From Chara braunii (lineage: Eukaryota > Plantae > Charophyceae), in contig BFEA01000001.1 in NCBI GenBank assembly GCA_003427395.1, positions 7,851,917 through 7,915,916 on the forward strand: a stretch of DNA of 64,000 bases, written 5' to 3'. The number at the start of each line of letters is the position of its first letter. The first letter of the stretch is position 1. The notes under the pieces are model-generated. The model did no database searches and had not been told where the DNA came from. It saw nothing but the letters and a program-made list of their open reading frames with translations. Below are positions 13,131-24,400 of the stretch, piece after piece. The translations under genes and the position numbers were made by a program.

Positions 13131-14131
13131 TGCGAGGATCCGGGTCCTTGGCAGGCATAAGGGGCCCCTGTTGCATCTGTGCCCGCCCTAAGTGAAGGCG
13201 GGCCTAACAAATCACGAGAAGCCCTCGGCTGTCAATTTCGTATTTGGGGTCCAGGAAGTTTCGTCGTGCCAGTTGGTTGAAGGAAACACAGGCTGAGCAG
13301 CGAAGAAATTCCCAGGCCTTCTAGGCTTTTCCGAAAGCGCATGCCCTGGGCGAGATTCACAGCCTCATACACAGAGTTGGGAGGCCCAACCGAATGAGGC
13401 CCAGTAGCTGCACCAGAGGCGCAGCATCCTGGGGCCTACCGGAAGCTTCTGGGCCCAGGCCCAGGCCAGCCAGGCTGCAAAGGCAGGCAGACACTTTCCA
13501 TATAGGAAAGAGCTCGCTGCCTGGTGCCTCATTCGGGCACTTGCATGCTAGCCGCAGTGCTGCTGGAGCGGACGCTCGCGGGCTGTGGCTAGCGCTGAGA
13601 GGCAAGGTGGGGGCACGTGCGGTCATATGCAGGGAAGGGCGCTGCTGAGGGCAGCGCCATAGCCCATCCTCCATAGCTAGGTGGGCTTGGTCTACAGTGA
13701 GGCGCAGGGGGTGGTCTTCGGGTGTACAGAGGGAAGACGTGGGTGTATGACAAGGGAGAGAGAGAGAAGGATGATGATGATGATGTGAGGGCACATACCT
13801 GGTAATGGCGATGGTCTGCTAGGGGCGACATCTTCAAGTACTTCGTTGGCTGCTGACGTCAACAGTTGCATTGTCAATTAGTCGGGTAGTAGTAGCTGTG
13901 TAGGGAGTAGGCTGGGCACCGAGCGCCAAGTAGGGAGAAGGGCCTGGATACATATGTTGGTGGTGGCGAGAGCAAGCTCTCACTGGGTTGACATTGGTTT
14001 TCAGTGTTACGATTCTCCATTGGTGTCATATTGGTGCAATGCTGCTTCCTGAACACTGTGACACGATCTGGCTTTTGATGTGATTGTGCAATCTGTGTAT
14101 TGTCATCTCGCTACTGCTCATTTTCCTTGCA
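13131..14131 (+). repeat. 5' LTR (~1.0 kb)
   Basis: Near-identical to 20443-21448, with TG...CA termini. Confidence 0.95.
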
Positions 14132-14134
14132 ATT

Positions 14135-14146
14135 TGGTGTCGGAGC
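14135..14146 (+). promoter_or_regulatory. Primer-binding site, tRNA-iMet-like
   Basis: TGGTGTCGGAGC just after the LTR; canonical form is TGGTATCAGAGC. Confidence 0.75.
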
Positions 14147-14525
14147 TGGTTCGAACTGCGCTTCATTGATTCTTCGCAGTAACCGTTTGGTGCTTCGCAT
14201 GAAGCATGGGCCAGTGATAAGGCTTGGGCGTTGAATGTAGGGCGGCCCAGGATCGTGTGGGCGCGCCAAGAAGCTATGTGGTGACATTAGGGGTGTATGC
14301 TGGATGATTAGAGCTCGCTGATGTGGCATTTAAGCCGAGGTGGAACTGCATTATGCTGTTGGTTGTGCCAAGGCAAAGACCGGTCATCATAAGTACACAT
14401 CAGGTTGCCGGTGAGAAATCTGTGGTTGGATGCAGCATTACGAGGTACATTGCTCTCTTCCTTATCTACCCTCTCCATTACTTCTTACCGTGAGGAAGTG
14501 AGTTCTGTCTTGAGAGTCCTCTCGA

Positions 14526-16110
14526 TGTGAGGTGTCGCGAGCGCTCAACCTTGAGAGTCGACATTCTTCCTGGGCAGCAAGCTGGTGGGAGATGGGTGAT
14601 GCCTCTGAAGGGCCCTCTAGTGGGCCTCTGGTTGGCCTGTTCTCACAGGCCTGTGTTCTATTCGGGGCAGTCCAGTCCAGGCCGGTACCTCTGTCGGTAC
14701 CAGCCAGTCCAATCCAGTCCCGTCAGTCCGCTGGGGTATACCCCAACCGTTGTTTGTATTCTCTCTCATTCTAAACTTGCACGATTTTGGAGTACGTGCG
14801 TTGGAGTCTTGCGTGGGAGCTGCGCTGTGTCATCTCGCTCCTCCCTCATCCTCCATCTCTATCTGTATCCCAGGCGGAGCACCTTCCCGGTGGGTCCGCC
14901 ACACTGGTATCGGAGCGGGAACGGTCCCCGCCCCCACCCACCACACCGCACATACGGGAAACAACAAATCCCAACAGGCTGTTTTCGCGGAAAACAGAGG
15001 GAAAAAAGGCGCAGCAGCACGAGAGCGACACGTGGCGAAAAGGGAACTAGCGTCACGACGCGTGCGCGCAAGCGTCAAGGCCGCCGCCGCATCAAGCACA
15101 TGCACACGCCACGTGCCCACGCTGCCCCACCGCCCCGCCCCGCTCCCGGATTTATATTATCAAAATTCGGGATCTCGCTGCCACTGGGGTTTGAACCCAG
15201 GCACCTGCTGGGCTATGCGCGTGCGTAGCCACTCTCAGAACACACCCACCACAATGCATGGGTGGCCTTGTAATGCGGCAGACTCGTGTTGAAGCGGTGT
15301 CGTGCTGGCTATTTACACCCCCCCCCCTGGCGAGCAGCGAGCAGTGGCCAGCAGAGGAGCAACGGGGCTGCTATTTGCCCCCTCCCCCCTGTGTGGCTGC
15401 TGCCGCCTGTGCACGTGGCCACCTGCAGTGCCACGTGGCAGCTTGCCGTGGACCTGAAGACCCCCTGTTTCAGGGGCTGCTTTATAGTGGTGACGGTCTG
15501 CTCACACAGCAAACCCTAGATCTGCAGATCTGCAAAACTGCTGCTAGGGGCTGATCAAGATCTCAGCCCCCTCTCTCCTCCAGCTGGCTTGCTGCAGCGA
15601 AGGCCAAGACCCTCCTGGTCTTGGTATACCTTGTGCCCTTGGAAACACCAAGGGCCAGGTATCACTTCTCCCCTCTCCCTACTAACCCACTTTCTCTCCT
15701 TTTCTCTCTCTCCTCTTACTCATACCCCTCTCCCCACCCCACCTTTTCTCCTACCACCCACCATTTTTATTCCATTCTATTCATTTCTTTTCTTTTTTTT
15801 CTCCTCTTCTCTCTTCGCTTCTTGATCCCTCTCCACCTTTCCCCATCCCTCTCTCTTTCATTCTCTCACCCTCCTCTCCCCCAACTACCACCACATCATC
15901 CCCTTACCTCCCACTTCCATCTTTTTCTCTCTCCCACCCATTTCTCTCTTCTTTCCTTCACCTTTTCATCCCCCTTCCCCCCAACTTCGAAATTTTCTGT
16001 TTTTTTCATTTTTCTTCTTTTTATTTTCTCTTGATTTATATTTCCTCTCTTTTCCAAAAAAAAAATAAAAAATTGAAATATCTTATTCCCCACCTTCTTT
16101 TCTGATTTTT
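14526..16110 (+). mobile_element. Nested LTR end + PBS + 5'UTR fragment of the second Gypsy family
   Basis: LTR ends GGGTCCGCCACA at 14903, PBS TGGTATCGGAGC at 14905-14916. It is homologous to the reverse complement of ~51050-52640 and 22908-23230. The left boundary is approximate. Confidence 0.8.
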
Positions 16111-16117
16111 TGATTTA

Positions 16118-17727
16118 TTGCCTTCCCCACTTCAGGCGTTGGCCAAGGCTAGTGACCTGAACATCGCCTCGCAGACACATTCAGACCCACCGACGCTCTG
16201 TTCGAGAGATGTGTCTGAGTCTTTAGAAGAGTTGCAGTCTGAGTGGTCAGAAACGGACCCTAGAGACTCTTGGGCGATGATTAGTAGAGGTCCTAAGGGC
16301 GAACATTTCGTGGTAGAAGTCAATGTAGGTGGCCGCAAAGTAGGAGCCTTCGTAGACATAGGCTCTACACGGAATTTCATCATTCGTGCTTATGTGAACA
16401 GATTGCGCTTAGGGGACCAAGTGCAGCGGCTTAACAGAACTGTAGCCTCTACGCTAGCCGACAAACATCAGATGGTAGTTAAAGACTATTCCTTCTCTTA
16501 TGGAAGAGGGGAAGTGAGACACAATCTCATTCCTCGTTTGCTGCGAACTGCCCTTTGATATGTTACTAGGCATGTACTACCTCGAGGTTGCTCAACCTCA
16601 ATTCGATTGGGATAGAAAGGTGTTGATCCACGAGCTGCCCAACGGTAGAACCGTTAGATTGCAAAAGTTCAAAGCTAGCAGTCCAGTGAAAACCTACGGG
16701 TGCATGTGGGCATCTTCTTTCTATAACTACTATAAGCAAAATCGCGAGGAGGGCGTGTATCTAGTCTTTGTCTTTGAAAAAAGGGGAGACCGTTAAAATA
16801 CCCCCTGAGATAGAATCAGTCGTCGCACAATTTTTCAACCTTTTTTAGGAGCCCACAGGCGTGGTGGAAAGGGAGGTTGTCCATGCAATAGAGGTCCCAG
16901 GTAGTAAGGTGCCTAGAGGACAAATCTATAAGATGTCTCCCCCGGAGTTGGATGAGTTTCACCGCCAACTCAAAAAGCTCACAGAAGAGGGATGGATTCG
17001 GCCTAGTACCTCCCCTTACAGTGCGCCAGTCTTATTTGTCCCTAAGAAGGGAGGTACACTGAGACTGTGCATTGACTATAGGGGCCTCAATGTCATCACT
17101 GTTAAGAATGCGGTGCCCCTACCCCGCATCGACGACCTATTGGACAGAGTGCAAAAATGTCGATACTTTACTAAGATAGATATAAAATCCAGGTACCATC
17201 AAAATGCTATTAGATTTAAGGACCAACACAAAACCGCTTTTCAGATCAGGTATGGTCTGTACGAGTTTGTGGTGATGCCCTTTGGCCTATGCAATGCTCC
17301 TGGGACATTCCAGCGCGTGATGAATGGGATCTTTCATGAGGACTTAGACAAGTTTATCGTCGTGTACCTCGACGATATTCTTACCTTTAGTAGGACTGTA
17401 GAGGAGCACGCTGAGCACTTAAAAATAGTGTCAGGTCTCCTACGACAACACCAGTACAAGGTTAACTTGGAGAAATGCGAGTTCAGTCGCAGCAAGATCT
17501 TGTACTTGGGTCATGAAATCTCCGCGGAAGGGTTGAGGCCGGACGATGCCAAAGTGGCCAGCATATGTGACTGGCCCAGACCTCAGACTGTGACCGAGGT
17601 TCGATCGTTTTTGGGGATGACGGGCTACTATCGTCCGTTTGTTAAAAACTATAGTACTATAGATTCCCCATCAACAGATCTAGCTCGACTCGACACCCCT
17701 TCGGAGTGGACTGAAGAGTGTGAAGCG
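16118..17727 (+). pseudogene. Gypsy pol: aspartic protease and reverse transcriptase (frameshifted)
   Basis: AFVDIGSTRNFI (protease); PSTSPYSAPVLFVPKK, RLCIDYRGLN, MPFGLCNAP and YLDDIL (RT). Confidence 0.95.
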
Positions 17728-18411
17728 CAGCAGTTGACGAAAACGACAGACTGACTTCGAGATAAACACTCGTCGAACAACTCATACATCAGAACAAAGA
17801 CAATGAATGGAGACGAGAAATGTGGAAGAGTGGAAGAGCAAGTAGAGCATAAAAAATGACGAGAGAGAAAAGGACAGTAAGCGCAAGTGCATGTAACCTG
17901 GACGCGACGTAATATTAAAAATATATCAATGACGTACAGCGGTGTGACCCGACATGTTTCGGTTGGCCCGCCAACCAGCCATCCTCAGGGGTCTTAGTCG
18001 CCGCAGAGTGCGATGAGAAATACAATGCACTACGTATTAATAGTGAGAGAAACAACTTCCTCACCAGCCACCGCTGCACAGAGAGATCACGCCCTAAGCT
18101 GAAGAACCAGAGAAAGCACAAACCACTACAGAAAAGAAACTAGTCCTAGAAATGTACGAAGTTCAGAAAAAAAAGTCCATGAATCAGACCTGCTACTCGT
18201 GAACCGACGTCAGATTTACCTAAGTCGGTAGACGTCCAACAGCAACGCCAGACTTCGTCAGAACCCGCGTATTGATGAAAAAATATATACCAAAAAACCA
18301 ACGATGGTTCGAGCCCGAACACCTTTACGTCCGGTTCCAACGAACAACCAAGACGAACCTTCGATTGTTTATAAGCGGGTCCCCCTACATAAAACTACAA
18401 ACTTTGAATAC
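17728..18411 (-). mobile_element. Penelope-like (pLTR-derived) insertion into pol
   Basis: It interrupts WTEECEA|AFKKLKYAL with a GCG duplication and carries a minimal type I hammerhead of the PLE kind. Confidence 0.65.
17946..17993 (-). ncRNA. Minimal type I hammerhead ribozyme
   Basis: Reverse complement reads GACCC-CUGAGGA-U-GGCUGGUUGGCGGGCCAACC-GAAA-CAUG-UC-GGGUC, giving a 5-bp stem I, the core, stem II and a palindromic CAUG stem III. Confidence 0.85.
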
Positions 18412-20403
18412 GCGGCCTTCAAGAAATTGAAGTACGCGCTGACCTACTACGGAGTCCTCAGACTTTCGGATTCTGAACAAGCCTTTATTGTGACCACAGA
18501 CGCCAACCAATATGGCATAGGTGCGGTCCTTGCGCAAAAGGAGGGGAAAAAGTTGAGACCGATCGAGTATATGAGTAAGAAGATGCCGTCGTAAAAGCTA
18601 TTCAAATCCACGTATGAGTGCGAGCTCTATGCCCTATATAGACCACTGGTTCACTGCAGACATTATCTCCTAGGCAGATTCTTCTATGTGAGATCTGACC
18701 ATGAGACCTTGCGTTGGATCAAGACGCAGCCTCTGCTCTCTGACGCACTTAAGCGGTGGATCCAAGTGATAGACATGTATGACTATCAACTTGATCCAAT
18801 CAAGGGAGAATACAATAAAGTGGTTGATGCACTATCTCGTCGGGCAGATTATCTGGGCGCGCTAGTCACCGAATTTGACATATTTAACGATCTAACTCGA
18901 TATTTGGTGGAAGCCTATAAGCAAGATTCCGTTATGTCTGAAATCATCCGTAAGTTCAACGAGAAGGATAAAGTACCTTCTGACAAATTTACGATGGTAG
19001 ATGGCTTGCTGTTTCTTGAAAAGGCAGCACATAAAAGACTGTGTATTCCTAATAGTGAGTCTTTGTGTACTTTATTTTTAGGAGAATGTCATGATGCAAC
19101 TGGTAATTTTGGCTATAGAAAGACATCAGCTAACCTAGTGCAGAAGTTTTTGTGGCCCACAATGATGCAAGATGTAAAGAAATATGTAGAGATCTGTCAA
19201 GTTTGTCAACGTGACAAACCAAGGACGCAAACACCTTTGGGATTGATAAAACCCCTGCCTATCCCTGCTGGACCTGGACAGAGTCTGTCCATGAATTTCA
19301 TGGATACTCTCGTGACCAGCAAGACTGGAAAAAGACATATATTTGTCATTGTGGATAGATTTATTAAATATGCAAGACTAATTACTATGCTTGAGACAGT
19401 CAGAACTGACCTCGTCATCAAGCTTTTTATGGATAACTGGGTACGTGACTTCGGTCTACCTACGTTTATAGTTAGTGACAGGGACATGAGATTCACCAAT
19501 GAACTGTGGCAAAGTACAACCCAACAGATGGGCACCTGGCTACAAATGACATCAGGGAACCACCCTGAGTCAAATGGCCAGGCTGAACAGATGAATTGTG
19601 TAGTACAACACCTGCTTCGACATTACTTCAAGCCAAGTCAGGATGATTGGGACGAGAAGTTGCCTCTCGTCGCCAAGCTGTACAATAACGTTGTGCATAG
19701 CACTACTGGCATGACTCCCAACCAATTACATCTCGGTTCGAAGCCCAGGTCAGCATTGGGTTTTCTATTACCTGCACTACAACAAAATGCATCACCTGGC
19801 AACATAAAGTTTGTTGTCAAATACGAACAGAGGCTGCAACAAGTTGTAAAGCAGATTAAGAAGGCTCAAGATGCCATGGTTGCATCTGAGAACAAACACA
19901 AACGACAATCTAACTTTCAGGTAGGAGAACGAGTCTGGGTAAAATTATCCGAACTGGGGCCAAGAGTTGGGGATTTCACGTAAACTGATGCCACAGTACT
20001 TTGGGCCCTCGGAGATCTTGGACATTGTAGGGGATCAACCAGATGGACCGTCATATGTGATTCGCATTCCTGCACACTTACGTACTCATCCTCTTTTTCA
20101 TGCATCCAAGTTGGCACTTTCGCTGTCACTGATCAATTTTCCTTTAGGAGATCAATGCTGCCCCCAACCATGGATGAACACTTGGACATTGACGATATCA
20201 TCGAGCACAAGCCAATGCTTATACCCAAACCTCCAGGAAGGGGTCGACCGCCAAAGCCACAGATGCAATACCGAGTGCGGTTCAGACATCATATTGATCC
20301 TCAAGAAGACCGGTGGTTCACAAAAGAGGAATTAATGAAAACTGCTCCCCAAATTATCTACACCTATGAAAGAAATCTGAAAGGGAAGCAGCCTGTTCCA
20401 TAA
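18412..20403 (+). pseudogene. Gypsy pol: RNase H, integrase and chromodomain-like C-terminus
   Basis: TTDANQYGIGAVLAQ (RH); ECHDA...CQVCQ zinc finger; IVSDRD and SGNHPESNGQAE (INT); QYRVRF...EDRWF chromo-like end. Confidence 0.93.
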
Positions 20404-20428
20404 GAACTTCTCAAAGCACTATCGAAGT

Positions 20429-20442
20429 AAAGGAGGAGGGAA
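20429..20442 (+). promoter_or_regulatory. Polypurine tract
   Basis: AAAGGAGGAGGGAA directly before the TG of the 3' LTR. Confidence 0.85.
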
Positions 20443-21448
20443 TGCGAGGATCCGGGTCCTCGACAGGCGTAAGGGACCCCTGTTGCATCTGTGCCTGCCC
20501 TAAGTGAAGGCGGGCCTAACAAATCACGAGAGGCCCTCGGCTGTCAATTTCGTATTTGGGGTCCAGGAAGTTTCGTCGCGCCAGTTGATTGAAGGAAACA
20601 CAGGCCGAGCAGCGAAGAAATTCCCAGGCCTTCTAGGCTTTTCCGAAAGCGCAGGCCCTGGGCGAGATTCACAGCCTCATACACAGACAATTGGGAGGCC
20701 CAACCGAATGAAGCCCGGTAGTTGTACCAGAGGTGCAGCATCCTGGGGCCAACAGGAAGCTTCTGGGCCCGGGCCCAGGCTAGCCAGGCTGCGAAGTGAG
20801 GCAGGATCTTTCCATATAGGAAAAAGCTCGCTGCCTGGTGCCTCATTTGGACACTTGCATGCTAGTGGCAGCGCTGTTGGAGCGGACGCTCGCGGGCTGT
20901 GGCTAGCGCTGAGAGGCAAGGTGCGGGCACGTGTGGTCGTGTGCAGGGAAGGGCACTGCTGAGGGCAGCGCCATAGCCCATCCTCCATAGCTAGGTAGGT
21001 TTGGTCTATAGTGAGGCGCAGGGGGTGGTCTTCGGGTGTACAAAGGGAAGACGTGGATGTATGACGAGGGAGAGAGAGAGAAGGATGATGATGATGATGA
21101 TGTGAGGGCACATACCTGGTAATGGCGATGGTCTTCTACGGGCGACATCTTCAAGTACTTCGTTGGCTGCTGACGTCAATAGTTGCATTGTCAATTAGTA
21201 GGGTAATAGTAGCTGTGCATGGAGTAGGCTGGGCGCCGAGCGCCAAGTAGGGAGAAGGGCCTGGATACATATGTTGGTGGTGGCGAGAGCAAACTCCCAT
21301 TGAATTGACATTGGTTTTTAGTGTTACGATTCTCCATTGGTGGCATATTGGTGTAATGCTGCTTCCTGAACACTGTGATACGATCTGGTTTTCAATGTGA
21401 TTGTGCAATCTGTGTATTGTCATCTCGCTACTTCTCATTTTCCTTGCA
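20443..21448 (+). repeat. 3' LTR
   Basis: Direct repeat of 13131-14131. Confidence 0.95.
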
Positions 21449-24400
21449 CAATACACAAAAAGACTTCATGCATCCACTTTGAGCAATGATCATTACTCCT
21501 GGAGCAACACCAATCTCAAAATGTCGAAGTCCGACAGTCTTTGGAGAGCACTGACAAAGCCCAACATGTTTCTGCCAGTCCAGTGCACAGTGTTGTCAGG
21601 GGATTTTCCGTCAACCAAAAGGATCAAAGTTGTCCTCCTCATCAGGCCTATACTAATCCTCAACTAACCCTGCTTGTCAACTTCCGCTAATTTTTTTTTT
21701 TCTTTTTTTTTTTCCGAAACCTTGACGCAGGGGGAACACTTACCGAGGTGATAAGAGCACCCTTGGTATGTGGGCCCATATTGGAAGGCTCCGTCTATTG
21801 GTGGGGAAAGTCCCGCAAAGAAGCAACTGGACAATATTGAAAAGGATTAAAGTTGTCCTGCTCATCAGGCTTATACTAATTCTCAACTAACCCTGCTTGT
21901 CAACTCCCGCTAGTCCTAAGATCCCATGGAGGAGCAACTGGACCCAGAAATGTATCGCTGGACTCAACTTGGAGTTTATGCCATCGGCATCAAGAAACTT
22001 CAGAGGTCGTTTTGAGCTGGTGGACCCTACCATGGTACCAAGCGCGACATTTTTTTATGAAAAAAAAAACAAAAACAAACACTTCGATCTATTCTTTGGG
22101 AGCAGCACGTCCTGGGAACTGGGCCGAAAATCCCTTATAATGAGATTGTAATAATGAACATTCGATGATGATTTATAATGTATTGAAGCCAATGTCTTGC
22201 TTCAATTGAGAAAGATTTCAGAAAAGTATTTTGAGAAAAAAATGAATAACGCAAAACTCTACTTCTATCCAACCCTTCATTCCAAGTATCCCTATCAACC
22301 CAACCACCTCCAAACTTAGCTATGCTATCATCTTTGTCAGGCCTATACCCGATCCGTGGCCCCAATATACTAGGCTACAGGGCAACGTGACCCACCCTAG
22401 CTCCGACCATCGTTGATCTGGCGGTAGCCCCCGATCAGTCACTGGATTGCCTTCCACCCTCAGCGAATCCCCAGATCTCTCTACAAGGCTTCACACCCCT
22501 GCCTACACAAGTTACAGGACAGACCTACGGTCACAACTTTCAAAAAGTTGGACTTCCGGGCTCGGCAGAATCGACAGTGGACTTAGTTGGGGGCTTGAGA
22601 CTCCTTTGGGGATATTAAGTCCACTGTCGATCTCGATCAATCATGATTGTACTTCCTACTTGCCATTGAAACATGTTGTCATAATCTACTTTTGACACAC
22701 ATCCTCAATCCCATGCTTTAAAAGTCAACCATTAACTTTTTTGCACAACAGAACCTAGCCTCCAAACTATCCATACCTCGAACGATGTTCTTTGCATTGT
22801 ACAATCTCTTATCCATTTTTCTGCCGTTACTTAAGAGACAAACTATGTAGAAGAGATATATCTGCGCAACACAAACACTCAACATCTATGACCTGTATGT
22901 CGGTGGTTGTGACGGACCCGCCGGTATGGCGGTCCGTCAGGACTAAGACGAAGGCATGAGGATGGGGGAGATGGAGATGGAGGTGGAAGGCACAACACAA
23001 CTCCAACGCGAACTCAACACGCACGTACTCCAAATTGTGCAAATGAAGAATGATGCTGAAAACAAACTGTAGCAGGGGTTTACTTGCAGCGGACTGACTG
23101 AAGTGGAGTGGACTGGCCTGATACTGACAGTGGTACCGGGTAGGACTGGACTAGATTGAATGAGCATACGGTCTGTGGGGTCAGACCATGACCTGGTCCT
23201 ACGTGCTGAATATGCAAAATAGCCAGATAGCCCTGAAGTTTTTTTAATGACCTCAGCTTGACCATCTGTCTGAGGATGGTGAGACGACGAGAAGCGGAGC
23301 TGGTATCCATACACCTCATGTAGGCATCGCCAGAATGTGTTGGTAAAGCACGGATCACGGTTAACGATGATGCTCTGAGGTAAGCCGTGATCTCTCACGA
23401 CTCGGGCGAAGACGATGTCAACGAGCTCGTACCACGAGATAAAACGTGCCCGCTTCATGAAGCGATCGTCGACGACCAAGATAGTATCATAACCGCGCTC
23501 AGCTGGAGGGCGGAGGGGACCAACGAAATCCATCGAGATAGACTGCCAACGACCCTCAGGTATGGGTAGAGTTTGAAGTAACGTGTACGGAAGGTGGTTC
23601 ACACTGTTGACCCCTTGGCAGTTATGATACTTTTGGACGTAAGCTTTGACAAAGTCCTTGGACTTCAGCCAGACGTATAGACGACAAACACGGACCAATG
23701 TCTTGTGTGTGGAAGCCCATATGACCCACAACTGTCTGGTCATGGAACTCTACTATGACCTGGACGTGGAGCTGTCAAGTGAAGGGAACACATATATGTG
23801 GTTCGTGCTGATCAGACCTACCATGTCAGTACATGAGACCGTTCTCACCGAGGGAGTATGAAGGGATGGTCTTGCCACTCTGCAGTGTCGCATGAATGCC
23901 GCAATAATCCAAACATTGGTGGTACTGAGTGCGATATGCGCCGATCACCGATTGATCAACGGTGGTGACCGAGATGGCAGCAAGGTGGATGAGTTCTTGA
24001 TTGTGGTCAGGATGGCGGGACAAGGCAACGATGATGCAGTTCGTTTCACCCATGATAGACTGAGTGGTGAAACTGAACTCGGATAAATCATGGCACCAAC
24101 GTGTTTGTTGAGGGGAAAACTTGGGCTTCGTGAGGAAAGGCTGGACAACTGAGTTGTTCGTGTGCACCGTGAATGGCGTAAAGGGCGCCCTATGCAGATA
24201 ATGACATCAGTGTCGGGTAGCATAAACTACTGCGAGAACCTCATGCTCATGGCAGTGTCTTTTATCTTGACAGACAGTAGCTGACAGAGGTAGAAGAGGA
24301 TCGGGCAATCCCCAGCATAAGCCTCGACAGTCCCATCCTCCGCGATGGTCGGGGAGTAAGTGACGGAAGGACTGTCGGGGGAGGGAAGTGGTGGAAGAAT

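Larger units (their letters stand above)
13131..21448 (+). mobile_element. Ty3/Gypsy LTR retrotransposon, decayed; gag region replaced by a nested fragment
   Basis: Paired LTRs TGCGAGGA...TCCTTGCA, TSD CAAT (13127-13130 and 21449-21452), PBS, PPT, and pol order PR-RT-RH-INT-chromo-like. Confidence 0.95.

Noticed and set aside
14527-15292. 233-aa and 180-aa ORFs as gag or host genes
   Set aside because: They span LTR, PBS and UTR sequence, have no protein motif, and the frame is not conserved in the homologous copy at ~52000-52600.
21620-21900. CTGATGAG on the minus strand, twice (~21640 and ~21865)
   Set aside because: No stem II-GAAA follows; this is a local ~60-bp duplication.
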